NCBI GenBank assembly: GCA_965248835.1
Contig: CBDFLJ010000001.1
Coordinates: 256,001-320,000 of the forward strand
DNA length: 64,000 bases
From: Alphaproteobacteria bacterium
GTDB lineage: Bacteria > Pseudomonadota > Alphaproteobacteria > MPNO01
Direction: 5' to 3'
The first letter of the stretch is position 1. Each line of letters starts with the position of its first letter. The position numbers and the translations under genes were made by a program. Shown here in pieces: positions 40,167 to 49,787 of this stretch. The notes under the pieces are model-generated. The model did no database searches. It saw only the letters and a list, made by a program, of their open reading frames with translations, and was not told the origin of the DNA.

Positions 40167-41162
40167 TCAGGCGCCGCTCGCTCCGCCGATGCGGAACAGG
40201 CGCTGCGCGGTCCCGCCGAGAATAGCCGCGGTCGCGACCTCGTCCAGCGCCGAATCGTAGACCACCCTGGAGGGCTCCAGATCGCCGATCGTGAACGGAT
40301 AGTCCGAACCCAGCACGACGCAGTCGGCGCCGACCAGGTCGATCAGGTACCTCAGCGCCGGCGGGTTGTAGACGATGCTGTCGAAATAGAGCCGTCGGAG
40401 CCCCTCGCGCGGGTCGTATTGCAGGCTGTCGTCGTCCTCGTAGTTCGCCACCAGCCGGCCTAGCACATAGGGCAGCGCAGCGCCGCCGAGCGACAGGATC
40501 ACGTTCATGCCGGGAAAGCGGATGAAGTGGCCGGTGAACAGCATGCGGGCGACGGCAATGGTCTCGTCGTTGACCCGTCCGATCGTGTTCATCATGCCGT
40601 AGTCGTGCAGCCGCGCGTCGTCGCTGCCGAACATCGGGTGGATATAGAGCGTCGCGCCCAGCTCGGAGGCCCTGTGCCAGAACGGATCGAGGTCGGGATC
40701 GTCGAGCGCGCCCGAGCCGTCCTTGGGCTGGGTGCCGATCATCGCGCCGGCGAAGCCTTCGGCCATCGCCTCTTCCAGCGCGCCCGCCGCGGTCTCGCCG
40801 TCCTGCAGCGGCACGGTGGCAAGCGGCACGAAGCCCGGGTTGTCGGATGCGAACCGCTTGAGATGCCCGTTGACGAAGCGGCTCCAGGCCAGGCCCTCAT
40901 CGGCCGGGATGCCGTATCCGAAGGAGTCGAGCCAGCCGGCGCAGACCTGGCGGTCGATCGACTGTTCCGACATCCAGGCGAGCCGCGGCTCGACCGAACG
41001 CAGCCCGGGCATGACCGGTCGGGTCGGCTTGCCGCCGGCGAAGGCGAGCTGGTACCTGCGGTCCGAATGGAGCAGTTCGATCGAAGGGAACTTTCCAGCC
41101 GTGCGCACCAGCTCGTCCAGCATCGGCTCCGGCACGTGATGGGAATGGGTGTCGATGATCAT
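40167..41162 (-). CDS. Amidohydrolase_2, ACMSD-like decarboxylase/hydratase
   Basis: 'IIDTHSH', 'ATVPLQD', 'LYIHP', 'YFDSIV', 'LGSDYPF'. Confidence 0.87.
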   Translation of the reverse strand: MIIDTHSHHVPEPMLDELVRTAGKFPSIELLHSDRRYQLAFAGGKPTRPVMPGLRSVEPRLAWMSEQSIDRQVCAGWLDSFGYGIPADEGLAWSRFVNGHLKRFASDNPGFVPLATVPLQDGETAAGALEEAMAEGFAGAMIGTQPKDGSGALDDPDLDPFWHRASELGATLYIHPMFGSDDARLHDYGMMNTIGRVNDETIAVARMLFTGHFIRFPGMNVILSLGGAALPYVLGRLVANYEDDDSLQYDPREGLRRLYFDSIVYNPPALRYLIDLVGADCVVLGSDYPFTIGDLEPSRVVYDSALDEVATAAILGGTAQRLFRIGGASGA

Positions 41163-43576
41163 GCGGGTTGCTCCATGGGCCTGGAATTGATCGCCGCCTC
41201 GATGTCGGACAGCCGCATCGGCAGCTCGGTGATCGAGATCCCAAGCGGCGCGAGCGCATCGTTGACCGCGCTCGCCACCGCCGCGGGCGCGCCCAGATAG
41301 CCGCCCTCGCCCGAGCCCTTCTGGCCGAGCGACGTCTTGGGGGACGGCGTGCAATGCTCGACGTCCTTGACCAGCGGGATCTCCATCGAGGACGGCAGCA
41401 GGTAGTCGACGAACGAGCCGGATAGGAACTGGCCGGTCTCGTCATAGGCGAACTTCTCGAACAGGGCCGCGCCCACCCCATGCGCCAATCCACCGATGAT
41501 CATGCCGCGGACGATGTCGGGGTTGATCACCGTGCCGCAGTCATGGGCGATCGCGTAGTCGGTCACCTCGACCTTGCCTGTGCCGGGATCGATCTCCACG
41601 AACGGCACGTGCGCCTGGAAGGAGAAGCATGGGTAGAGCTGGATCTCCTGGTTCTCGTCGGGAAGCTGACCCGAGGCGCCGGGGACCTGCAGGACCGACA
41701 TCTCCTGCAGACCGGGCTCCATCCCGGGCGGCATCTTGTGGAACTGGCGGTGGGCGATCGCGGCGATCTCCTCCCAGGTAAGCTTCTGCGACGGCGCGCC
41801 GATGACGAAGAACGCGCCCGCTTGATATTCGATGCGCTCGGCCGCGACGCCGAGATTATGGGCGGCAATGCGGATCATCTTGGCCTTGATCCTGCGCGCG
41901 GCCTCCGAGGTCGCGCCGCCCAGGACGATCGCCATGCGGCTCGCCACCGGGCTCCGGGTCGGCAGCGCCTCCAGCGAATCGGCATGGGTGACCCGGATGT
42001 CGTCGGGGTCGCGCTCAAGCTCCTCGCCGGCGACGGTCGCCACCAGGGTCTCATGGCCCTGGCCCGAGGTGGTGGTCGCCATCACCGCCGTGATCTTGCC
42101 GTGCGGGTCGACCCGCATCAGGCAGGACTCCACGAAGGTGGTGATCTCCAGCCGCTCGTTGAGCAACTGCTCGAAAATGTTGTTTCCGCCGCCCGGCTCC
42201 AGACAGGTCGCGATGCCGATCCCGGCGAGCCGTCCTTCGGCTCGCACCGCCTCGCGCCGGGCGATGAGCGCGGGGTAGTCGGCGAGCGCGAGCGCCTTGT
42301 CGAGGACCGTATGGTAGTCGCCGCTGTCGTATTCGGTCCCCGTCGGGATCCGCCAGGGGAACTCGTCCTTGCCGATCAGGTTCCGCCTGCGGATCTCCAG
42401 CCGGTCGATGTCCAGATGGCGGGCGACCTTGTCGATCCCGATCTCGATCATGAAATTTGTCGGCGACTGGCCGAAGCCGCGGACCGGCACTTGGCCGGTC
42501 TTGTTCGAGGTCACCGAGATCGCCTCGTATGCGACGCTGCCGATCCTGTAGGGGCCGACCAGGGCGGTGATCGGCTTGCCGAGCTGGAGCGGCCCGCGCC
42601 CGGGATAGGCGCCGACATCGTCGATCGCGCGCAGCTTCATCGAGCGGATCGTGCCGTCGTCCTCGAACGCCAGCGTGACGTCGAACAACCGGTCGGGGCC
42701 GTGCGCGTCCCCGCCCGACATGTTGTCCAGCCGGTCCTCGATCAGCCGCACCGGGGCGCCTAGCGTGCGCGCGAGGTATGAGACAAGGACGGTGTGCTTG
42801 ATGCCGCGCTTAACGCCGTAGCTGCCGCCGACATCGACGTCGTTGTGCACCCGCACGGCGTTCAGCGGGATCATCAGCGCGTTGGCGATCTGCTCGGCAT
42901 AGTTGGGCATCTGGATCGACGCCCAGACGTCGAGGATCTCGCCGATCGGATCCCAGCTTGCTGCCACCCCGAAGGTCTCGATCGGCACGGTCGAGCTGCG
43001 GCCCCAGCGGGCGCGGTAGGTGAGCGTGTGCGCGGCCTTGGCGAAGTCGTCCTCGACGGGCCCCCAGACGAAGGTCTTGCGCAGGAGCACGTTGGTCCCG
43101 TGATCGGGATGGACCAGGGGCGAATCGGGCTCGAGCAGGGACTCGATCTCGACCGCGGCCGGCAGAGGCTCGTAGTCGACGGCCACGAGCTCGGCCGCGT
43201 CCTCGGCGATGTAGCGCGAGTCCGCGACCACGGCCGCGACCCACTCGCCGGCGTAGCGCGCCATCCCGACGGCCAGCGGGAACCACTTCACCTCCGGCAG
43301 GTGCAGGCCGTGGTAAAGCGGCTCGGTGTGGCGGGCAAGGTCCTCACCGGTCAGCACCGCATGGACGCCGTCCAGCGCCAGCGCCGCGGCGGCATCGATC
43401 GAGACGATACGCGCGCGCGGGTGCGGGCTTGGGACCAGCGCGACATGCTTCATCCCCGGCAGCGCGACATCGGCGACGAAATTGCCTTTGCCGGCCACGA
43501 AGCGCCGGTCTTCCTTGGTCCGCCGCTTGCGCGAGACGTAACGGTAGTTGGCCCCGTGTGCGGGTTCCGCGCTCAT
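41159..43576 (-). CDS. Mo-hydroxylase large (molybdopterin) subunit
   Basis: 'DVGGSYG', 'VRGFG', 'GQGHET', 'DCGTVINP', 'KGSGEGG'. Confidence 0.92.
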   Translation of the reverse strand: MSAEPAHGANYRYVSRKRRTKEDRRFVAGKGNFVADVALPGMKHVALVPSPHPRARIVSIDAAAALALDGVHAVLTGEDLARHTEPLYHGLHLPEVKWFPLAVGMARYAGEWVAAVVADSRYIAEDAAELVAVDYEPLPAAVEIESLLEPDSPLVHPDHGTNVLLRKTFVWGPVEDDFAKAAHTLTYRARWGRSSTVPIETFGVAASWDPIGEILDVWASIQMPNYAEQIANALMIPLNAVRVHNDVDVGGSYGVKRGIKHTVLVSYLARTLGAPVRLIEDRLDNMSGGDAHGPDRLFDVTLAFEDDGTIRSMKLRAIDDVGAYPGRGPLQLGKPITALVGPYRIGSVAYEAISVTSNKTGQVPVRGFGQSPTNFMIEIGIDKVARHLDIDRLEIRRRNLIGKDEFPWRIPTGTEYDSGDYHTVLDKALALADYPALIARREAVRAEGRLAGIGIATCLEPGGGNNIFEQLLNERLEITTFVESCLMRVDPHGKITAVMATTTSGQGHETLVATVAGEELERDPDDIRVTHADSLEALPTRSPVASRMAIVLGGATSEAARRIKAKMIRIAAHNLGVAAERIEYQAGAFFVIGAPSQKLTWEEIAAIAHRQFHKMPPGMEPGLQEMSVLQVPGASGQLPDENQEIQLYPCFSFQAHVPFVEIDPGTGKVEVTDYAIAHDCGTVINPDIVRGMIIGGLAHGVGAALFEKFAYDETGQFLSGSFVDYLLPSSMEIPLVKDVEHCTPSPKTSLGQKGSGEGGYLGAPAAVASAVNDALAPLGISITELPMRLSDIEAAINSRPMEQPA

Positions 43577-44064
43577 CGCCGGTCCTGCGCGCGGCCGCGG
43601 CGGCTGGCGGCCAGCTCGACCGCCTCGACGATCTGGGTATAGCCGGTGCACCGGCACAGATTGCCGGAGATCGCTTCGCGGATCTCTTCCGTGGTCGGGT
43701 CGGGGCTTTCCGCGAGCAGCGCGTGGGCGGCGATCATCATGCCGGGGGTGCAATAGCCGCACTGCATGGCGTGGCATTCCCAGAACGCGTCCTGGATATC
43801 GCCCAGCGTGCCGCCTTCGCCGCCCAGCCCCTCCACCGTCATGACCTCGTGGCCGTCGGCCTGAACCGCGAACATCAGGCACGAGCGAATCGCCGCGCCG
43901 TCGAACATCACCGAGCACGCCCCGCAGATGCCGTGCTCGCAGCCGACATGGGTGCCGGTCTGGCGCAGCCGGTCACGCAGGAAATCGACCAGCGTCAGGC
44001 GCGGCGGCACGCGGGCATTGTGCACGGTGCCGTTGACCGTGATCGCGATCGCCTTGTCGGTCAT
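43573..44064 (-). CDS. Mo-hydroxylase small [2Fe-2S] subunit
   Basis: '[10 protein letters not shown]', 'QCGYCTPG', 'NLCRCTGY'. Confidence 0.95.
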   Translation of the reverse strand: MTDKAIAITVNGTVHNARVPPRLTLVDFLRDRLRQTGTHVGCEHGICGACSVMFDGAAIRSCLMFAVQADGHEVMTVEGLGGEGGTLGDIQDAFWECHAMQCGYCTPGMMIAAHALLAESPDPTTEEIREAISGNLCRCTGYTQIVEAVELAASRRGRAQDRR

Positions 44065-44939
44065 GCCCAGGCCTCCGCGCGAGCCTGTTCGATCGTCCGT
44101 CCGAGAAGGACCCCGGCGACCCGGCGGCGGTAGGCGGCGCTCGCGTGCAGATCGGAGTCGGGCTCCAGCGCCTCCTCGATGCGATGCAGAGCCGCGCCGA
44201 CCGAAGCGGCATCCAGCGTGCTGCCCAGCAGCGTCTGTTCGAGCCCGGCCGGCCGCACCGGCGTCGATGCCGCGCCGCCGATGCCGACGGCGATCCGAGC
44301 GCACCGGCCGGCCGCATCGAGCTGGAGCTGGGCGCAGGCCGAAACGATGGCGAAATCGCCGCGGCGGGAAGCGACTTCCTGGAAGGCCGTGCCGATGCGC
44401 TCGCCGGGCCAGATCGGAAACCGGATCTCGACCAGGCATTCGTCGGCGCCGAGCGCGGTCATCATCGGCCCTTCGAAGAACCCCGATGCCGCATAGGTGC
44501 GCGTGCCGCGAAGGCTCCGCGCCAGAAATCGGGCGTCCAGCACCAGCGCGGCCAGCGGGATCTCGGCCGAAGGGTCGCCATGGACCAGGCTGCCGCCGAT
44601 GGTGCCGCGGTTGCGGATCTGCTGATGGCCGACGAAGCCGAGCGCCTTGGCGAGCAGCGGCGCCGCGCGGGCGACGCTGGCGGACAGCTCGGCCGTGCGC
44701 TGGCGGGCGCCGGCGCCGATCACCAGCGCGTCGCCCTCGACCGCAATGGCTTGCAGGGCCTCGATGTCGTTGATGTCGACCAGCAGCGTCGGCCGGGCAA
44801 GCCGCATCGCCATCAGCGGGACCAGGGTCTGACCACCGGCGATGATCTTGTGGTCGGCGCCGTCCGCGGGCGCGGCCAGGACCTGGCACACCTCCTCCAC
44901 GCTCCTGGCCTTGACGTACTCGAACGCGGCCGCCTTCAT
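44061..44939 (-). CDS. Mo-hydroxylase medium FAD subunit
   Basis: 'AGGQTL', 'IRNRGTIGGS', 'RRGDFA'. Confidence 0.94.
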   Translation of the reverse strand: MKAAAFEYVKARSVEEVCQVLAAPADGADHKIIAGGQTLVPLMAMRLARPTLLVDINDIEALQAIAVEGDALVIGAGARQRTAELSASVARAAPLLAKALGFVGHQQIRNRGTIGGSLVHGDPSAEIPLAALVLDARFLARSLRGTRTYAASGFFEGPMMTALGADECLVEIRFPIWPGERIGTAFQEVASRRGDFAIVSACAQLQLDAAGRCARIAVGIGGAASTPVRPAGLEQTLLGSTLDAASVGAALHRIEEALEPDSDLHASAAYRRRVAGVLLGRTIEQARAEAWA

Positions 44940-45015
44940 CCACCTCCCCTTGTCCCGGGCCGGCGCAACTTCGTCGTCCCGGCCCGCCCGGTCAAGGGCC
45001 GCGCCGCGCCGCCGC

Positions 45016-45714
45016 TCAGGGCAGCAGGCGGGTGCGGCGCATGCCGAAATGGGTGCATTGCCCTTCGAACGGCGGCAGGTTGTGGTAGTCCTCGCGCAGG
45101 CGGTCGCGCACCTCCGAGTGCAGGGCGGCGTTGAGCGCGTCCGCCGTCTCGAAGCTGGTGTCGCAGATCAGCATGTGGTCGGCGCGCTCGATCGGCAGTG
45201 AATCGGTCCAGCCGAGCGGAGTGTAGACCTCGCATCGCCGGATCGCCGGCAGCCCGGCCATGATCGGCGGGTGGTGCCGGCAATAGTGATCGATGAACTG
45301 GGCTTCATCCTCGGCCGGCCGCTCGTAGCGCACGAGGTAGCAGACCGGCACCGCGGTCGTCGCCGGGTCGGTCTCGCCGGCACCGGAGACCGGCTCGCCC
45401 AGGACGATTTCGTAGCAGACCTGCCAATCGTCGATCGGCATGTTCTGGAACTCCGACAGCGCCGTCGACAGCGCCCGGCCGCGCAGCGCCGCCTCGGCAG
45501 CGATCAGCGTGGCGAACCGGGCCTGGACGACAAGGGGCGGGCCCGCCCCGTCGTCGATCATCGGATCGCTGATCTCCAGCGGTGTGTAGAGCTCGACCGA
45601 GGTCGCGCCCTCGATCGCCGACCACGCGCGGCCCGGGCCGACCGCGACGGCCGCCAGAAAGCCGGCCGGATCGGCGACATCGCCGGCGTAGTGCAGGAAC
45701 AGAGAGACCGCCAT
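45016..45714 (-). CDS. EthD-family (dimeric alpha/beta barrel) protein, two-domain
   Basis: 'FIDHYCRHHPP..GLPAIR', 'F.TADAL..ALHS'. Confidence 0.7.
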   Translation of the reverse strand: MAVSLFLHYAGDVADPAGFLAAVAVGPGRAWSAIEGATSVELYTPLEISDPMIDDGAGPPLVVQARFATLIAAEAALRGRALSTALSEFQNMPIDDWQVCYEIVLGEPVSGAGETDPATTAVPVCYLVRYERPAEDEAQFIDHYCRHHPPIMAGLPAIRRCEVYTPLGWTDSLPIERADHMLICDTSFETADALNAALHSEVRDRLREDYHNLPPFEGQCTHFGMRRTRLLP

Positions 45715-45800
45715 CGAGGAACAACTCCGCTGTGCTCGACCTGCTTACTTAGTGCATCATCCACTGAGTCGATTCAATGGCGCGGTGGCGGGTGTCCACG

Positions 45801-46790
45801 ATGGCCTTACTGCGGTTGAGCATGGCCTGCGGGCCCTATGACCGGATGGAGGCGCTCAGATCCGGCGAGGTCCGGCCCGAGGGCATCGATCTCACCTGTC
45901 TCGCGATCCAATCGCCGCCCGAGATCTTCGCTCGCATGATCAAGACCGGATCGTTCGACGTCTCGGAAATGTCGTCGGCTCACTACCTGATCATGAAGGC
46001 GCGCGGCGATTTTCCGTTCCTCGCGATCCCGGTTTTCCCCTCGCGCGCCTTCCGCCACGGATTCATCTTCGTCAACACCGGATCGGGCATCACGGCGCCC
46101 GGCGACCTCGCGGGCAAGCGGATCGGGGTGCAGGAATATCGGCAGTCGGCCGCGGTGTGGATCCGCGGCATGCTGGGCGAGGAGTACGGTGTCGATCTCG
46201 CCGGGGCGACCTGGTTCGAAGGCGGCGTCGATGCCCCGCGCCGGATCGATCCGGACATGGATCTGCGGCCCGGCGGCACGGCCGACATCCGCGTGATCGC
46301 GTCCGACCGGTCGCTCGGCGGCCTGCTGGCGCGCGGCGAGATCGATGCGCTGATCGGTGCCCGGCGGCCACGCGCACTCGGCGAGAGCGCCCAGGTCGCG
46401 CGGCTGTTTCCCGACTACCGCGCGGTCGAGCGCGACTATTTCGCCCGCACCGGGATCTTTCCGATCATGCACACGCTGGTGATCCGCGAGGATGTTCATG
46501 CCGCCAACCCGTGGATCGCGGAAAGCCTCTACCAGGCCTGCGTGAAGTCCAAGACCCTGGCCCACGAGCGGATGCGGTTCTCCGGTGCGATGCGCTACAT
46601 GCTGCCGTGGCTGTTCGACGACATCGACGAGATCGACGCGGTCTTCGGCGGAGACCCGTTCGTCTACGGGCTGGAGCCCAACCGGACGACGCTGGAGACC
46701 CTGCTGCGCTACCTGCGCGAAGACGCCTTCATCGGCGACGCGCCGCGGCTGGAGGATCTGTTCGCGCCGATCATAGACTGGCAGGAATAG
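45801..46790 (+). CDS. 4,5-Dihydroxyphthalate decarboxylase-like protein (periplasmic-binding fold)
   Basis: 'ACGPYDR', 'FDVSEMS', 'PVFPSRAFRH', 'GIFPIMH', 'YGLEPNR'. Confidence 0.82.
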   Translation: MALLRLSMACGPYDRMEALRSGEVRPEGIDLTCLAIQSPPEIFARMIKTGSFDVSEMSSAHYLIMKARGDFPFLAIPVFPSRAFRHGFIFVNTGSGITAPGDLAGKRIGVQEYRQSAAVWIRGMLGEEYGVDLAGATWFEGGVDAPRRIDPDMDLRPGGTADIRVIASDRSLGGLLARGEIDALIGARRPRALGESAQVARLFPDYRAVERDYFARTGIFPIMHTLVIREDVHAANPWIAESLYQACVKSKTLAHERMRFSGAMRYMLPWLFDDIDEIDAVFGGDPFVYGLEPNRTTLETLLRYLREDAFIGDAPRLEDLFAPIIDWQE

Positions 46791-46793
46791 GGC

Positions 46794-47486
46794 TCAGCGC
46801 CTGCGGTACTGCTGGTCGCCGAACATGTTGGACCAGCTTTCCTCGGTCCATTCCCAACGATCGGCGGTATCGGTAAGCCGCTCCATGTCCTTGCCGACGG
46901 CCGGGCGCGCCGCGATCCGGCGAAACCAGTCCAGGACGTTGGGAAAGTCCTCGAGCTTCTGGCCCTGGCGGCCGTGCAGCCGGCACCACGGGAAGATCGC
47001 CATGTCGGCGATCGAGTAGGCGCCGGCGACGTATTCGCGATCGGCGAGCCGGTTGTCGAGGATCTGGTAGAGCCTGCCCGCCTCGTTGGTGTAGCGGTCA
47101 TAGGCATAGTCGATCTTCTCCGGCGCGTAGGCGCGGAAATGATGGGCCTGGCCCAGCATCGGCCCGAACCCGCCGGTCTGCCAGAACAGCCATTGCAGGA
47201 CTTCGAGCCGGGCGCGCGGCTCGCCAGGCAGGAACTGACCGGTCTTCTCGGCGAGATAGAGCAGGATCGCGCCCGATTCGAACACGGCCACCGGCTTGCC
47301 GTCGGGCCCCTCGCTGTCGGCCAGCGCCGGGATCTTGTTGTTGGGGCTGATCTTGAGGAATTCGGGATCGAATTGCTCTCCCTTCTCGAGGTCGACCCAG
47401 TGCTCGGCATAGGCGAGCCCGGTCTCCTCCAACATCATGTGGATCTTCTGGCCGTTGGGCGTGGCCGAGGTGTAGAGATCGATCAC
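46794..47486 (-). CDS. Glutathione S-transferase/disulfide oxidoreductase (YfcG-like)
   Basis: 'TPNG', 'ISPNNKIP', 'FESGAIL', 'GPMLGQAHHF'. Confidence 0.92.
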   Translation of the reverse strand: MIDLYTSATPNGQKIHMMLEETGLAYAEHWVDLEKGEQFDPEFLKISPNNKIPALADSEGPDGKPVAVFESGAILLYLAEKTGQFLPGEPRARLEVLQWLFWQTGGFGPMLGQAHHFRAYAPEKIDYAYDRYTNEAGRLYQILDNRLADREYVAGAYSIADMAIFPWCRLHGRQGQKLEDFPNVLDWFRRIAARPAVGKDMERLTDTADRWEWTEESWSNMFGDQQYRRR

Positions 47487-47626
47487 CGGAATGTCCCCCT
47501 GGCTGGTTTGCCGGAGAAAACCACAGATCCGATGTCGTGAGAACCTGTTCGGCACAATGCCTGTTCCCCGCGCCGCGCCGCGTTGTAGAATGCGCCGTGA
47601 CCGCGAACGGAATGGATCGAAGCACG

Positions 47627-48472
47627 ATGTCTGACAGCGCCCAATTGGCGGACCCTGCGACGGAGCACGCCTACGTCGAGGCCGAGGTGAACTACGTCAT
47701 CGATGACGGCCATCCGCCGATCCAGTATATCGACTGGCCGGAGGAGGCTCACAAAGCGCATCCGGCGACCTATGAGGCGCGCACGGTGCGGATCAACAAC
47801 GGCCGCCTGTCCGCCGAGGACTTCACCCTGCCGACGCACGGCTTCGCCTTCGCCGCCCACGAGACGGCCGTCCGGGATTTCTACGACGAAGACGAGGTCC
47901 TCAACGTCTACTACCCGGAGACCGAGCGGCTGATCCGACAGCACAGCGGCGCAAAGCGCGTGGTCGTGTTCGATCACACGCTCCGGACCGCGGATTCGTC
48001 GCGACATGCCGAGCGCTGGCTCCGCCGGACGGTCCATTCCGTGCACAACGACTACACCGAACGGTCCGCGCCGCAGCGGGTGCGCGACTTCCTGCCGCCC
48101 GACGAAGCCGAAGCCGCCCTGCAGGGCCGCTACGGCATCGTCCAGACATGGCGGCCGGTCGCGCCCAGGGTCGAGTCCGAGCCCCTGGCGCTGTGCGACG
48201 GGCGGTCGATCCCCGAGGTCGGCTTCATCCCCAACCAGCGACGCTACCGCGACCGGACCGGGGAGACCTACCATATCGCCTACAGCCCTGAGCACCGGTT
48301 CTACTATTTCCCTTACATGACCCGGAACGAGGCGCTGGTCTTCAAGGTCTTCGATACCGATCCGTCCGCGGGCGTGCGCTTTACCGCCCACACCGCGTTC
48401 AACGACCCGACCAGCCCGCCGGACGCGAAGATCCGCGAGAGCATCGAGATGCGGGCGCTGGCCTTCTACTGA
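47627..48472 (+). CDS. CmcJ/NvfI-family oxidoreductase
   Basis: 'FDHTLR', 'VHNDYT', 'PLALCD', 'TAHTAF', 'RESIEMR'. Confidence 0.8.
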   Translation: MSDSAQLADPATEHAYVEAEVNYVIDDGHPPIQYIDWPEEAHKAHPATYEARTVRINNGRLSAEDFTLPTHGFAFAAHETAVRDFYDEDEVLNVYYPETERLIRQHSGAKRVVVFDHTLRTADSSRHAERWLRRTVHSVHNDYTERSAPQRVRDFLPPDEAEAALQGRYGIVQTWRPVAPRVESEPLALCDGRSIPEVGFIPNQRRYRDRTGETYHIAYSPEHRFYYFPYMTRNEALVFKVFDTDPSAGVRFTAHTAFNDPTSPPDAKIRESIEMRALAFY

Positions 48473-48527
48473 GGCGCCCGGCTGCGGGTTGCCGCCGTCG
48501 CGGCACCCGCAAGACCGCGGTTGACCT

Positions 48528-49061
48528 TTGAGCGCGTGGATCTTCGGCTACGGCTCGCTGGTGTGGCGCCCCGACCTGCCCTTCATCGAGCGGGCGCCGG
48601 CGGCGATCGAGGGGTTTGCGCGCCGGTTCTGGCAAGGCTCGACCGACCACCGCGGCGTGCCGGGCGATCCCGGCCGCGTGGTGACGCTGGTGCGCGAGTC
48701 CGGCGCGCGGTGCTGGGGGATGGCCTACCGCGTCGAGGATGCGGTGCGCGAACGTGTGCTGGGCACCCTCGCGCACCGTGAAAAAGGCGGCTACGACCGG
48801 GTCGTGCTCGACCTCGCCTTCGCCGAGACCGGACGCGATCCTGCCCCGGCCTTCGTCTATTGGGCGAGCGAGCACAACCCCAACTATCTCGGCCCCGCCC
48901 CTCTGGCGGAGATCGCGGCGCAAATCGTGCGCAGCATCGGGCCCAGCGGGCCCAATGTCGAATACGTGCTGCGTCTGGCCGAGGCCCTGCGCGCGATGGG
49001 CGTCACCGACGAGCACGTATTTGCCCTCGAACACCTCGTCATCGATGCTGCCGCACCCTAA
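48528..49061 (+). CDS. ChaC-like glutathione-specific gamma-glutamylcyclotransferase
   Basis: 'WIFGYGSLVWRP', 'DHRG..PGRVVTL', 'REKGGY', 'GPSGPNVEY'. Confidence 0.9.
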   Translation: MSAWIFGYGSLVWRPDLPFIERAPAAIEGFARRFWQGSTDHRGVPGDPGRVVTLVRESGARCWGMAYRVEDAVRERVLGTLAHREKGGYDRVVLDLAFAETGRDPAPAFVYWASEHNPNYLGPAPLAEIAAQIVRSIGPSGPNVEYVLRLAEALRAMGVTDEHVFALEHLVIDAAAP

Positions 49062-49091
49062 ATTGAATCTGGAAACCTACGGAGGCTCGTC

Positions 49092-49568
49092 ATGGCGACA
49101 GCGACATTCGGTGCCGGCTGCTTCTGGGGCGTCGAAGAGGCGTTCCGGCAGGTCGAGGGGGTCACCAGCACCTCGGTCGGCTATATGGGCGGCACAAGCG
49201 AACATCCGACCTACGAGCAGGTCTGCACCGGACGGACCGGCCATGCCGAGGTCGTTTGGCTCGACTACGACCCTGCGGTGGTGGGCTATGACGAGCTCCT
49301 TTCGGTCTTCTGGGGGGTGCACGACCCGACCCAGGTCAACCGCCAGGGACCGGACTTCGGCACCCAGTACCGCACCGTGATCTTTACCAATGACGAAGAG
49401 CAGGACGCCGCGGCCAAGGCCTCTCTGGCGGCCGAACAGGCGAGCGGCCGCCACCGCGGCGACATCGCCAGCCAGATCGTCCCCGCTTCGCCCTACTGGA
49501 TCGCCGAGGACTACCACCAGCAATATTTCGCCAAACGCGGCGGCCACCGTCGCTTCGGCCTGTTCTAG
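49092..49568 (+). CDS. msrA: Peptide methionine sulfoxide reductase MsrA
   Basis: 'GCFWGVE', 'GHAE', '[10 protein letters not shown]', 'AEDYHQQY'. Confidence 0.96.
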   Translation: MATATFGAGCFWGVEEAFRQVEGVTSTSVGYMGGTSEHPTYEQVCTGRTGHAEVVWLDYDPAVVGYDELLSVFWGVHDPTQVNRQGPDFGTQYRTVIFTNDEEQDAAAKASLAAEQASGRHRGDIASQIVPASPYWIAEDYHQQYFAKRGGHRRFGLF

Positions 49569-49734
49569 GCGCCGGCGGGCCGCGACCGCAAGGCGGGGAT
49601 CTCGGCTCATCTGGAGAGCGAGCACGGGGTACCGGCCGCCCAAGCCCTTGGCGAATCCCGCCATAGGGGGCTCGAGCACCGCCGGCACCCGGCGCGACAG
49701 GATCCCGAGCAGGTTGATTGAATGTCCGGCAACG

Positions 49735-49759
49735 AAAAACGCCGGGCGCTGCCCGGCGT
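49735..49759 (-). terminator. Rho-independent terminator
   Basis: Stem ACGCCGGGC/GCCCGGCGT followed by a T-run on the minus strand, downstream of the dienelactone hydrolase. Confidence 0.7.
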
Positions 49760-49787
49760 CCTCCGTTCTTCGGTGTCGGGGCCGGCC

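Noticed and set aside
19718-44943. Apparent long N-terminal extensions or fusions in the ORF track (NicX 583 aa, DapF 806 aa, AbmA-like 890 aa, Mo subunit 919 aa, FeS 456 aa)
   Set aside because: The extensions overlap neighbouring genes in other frames or strands; homology starts at internal start codons.
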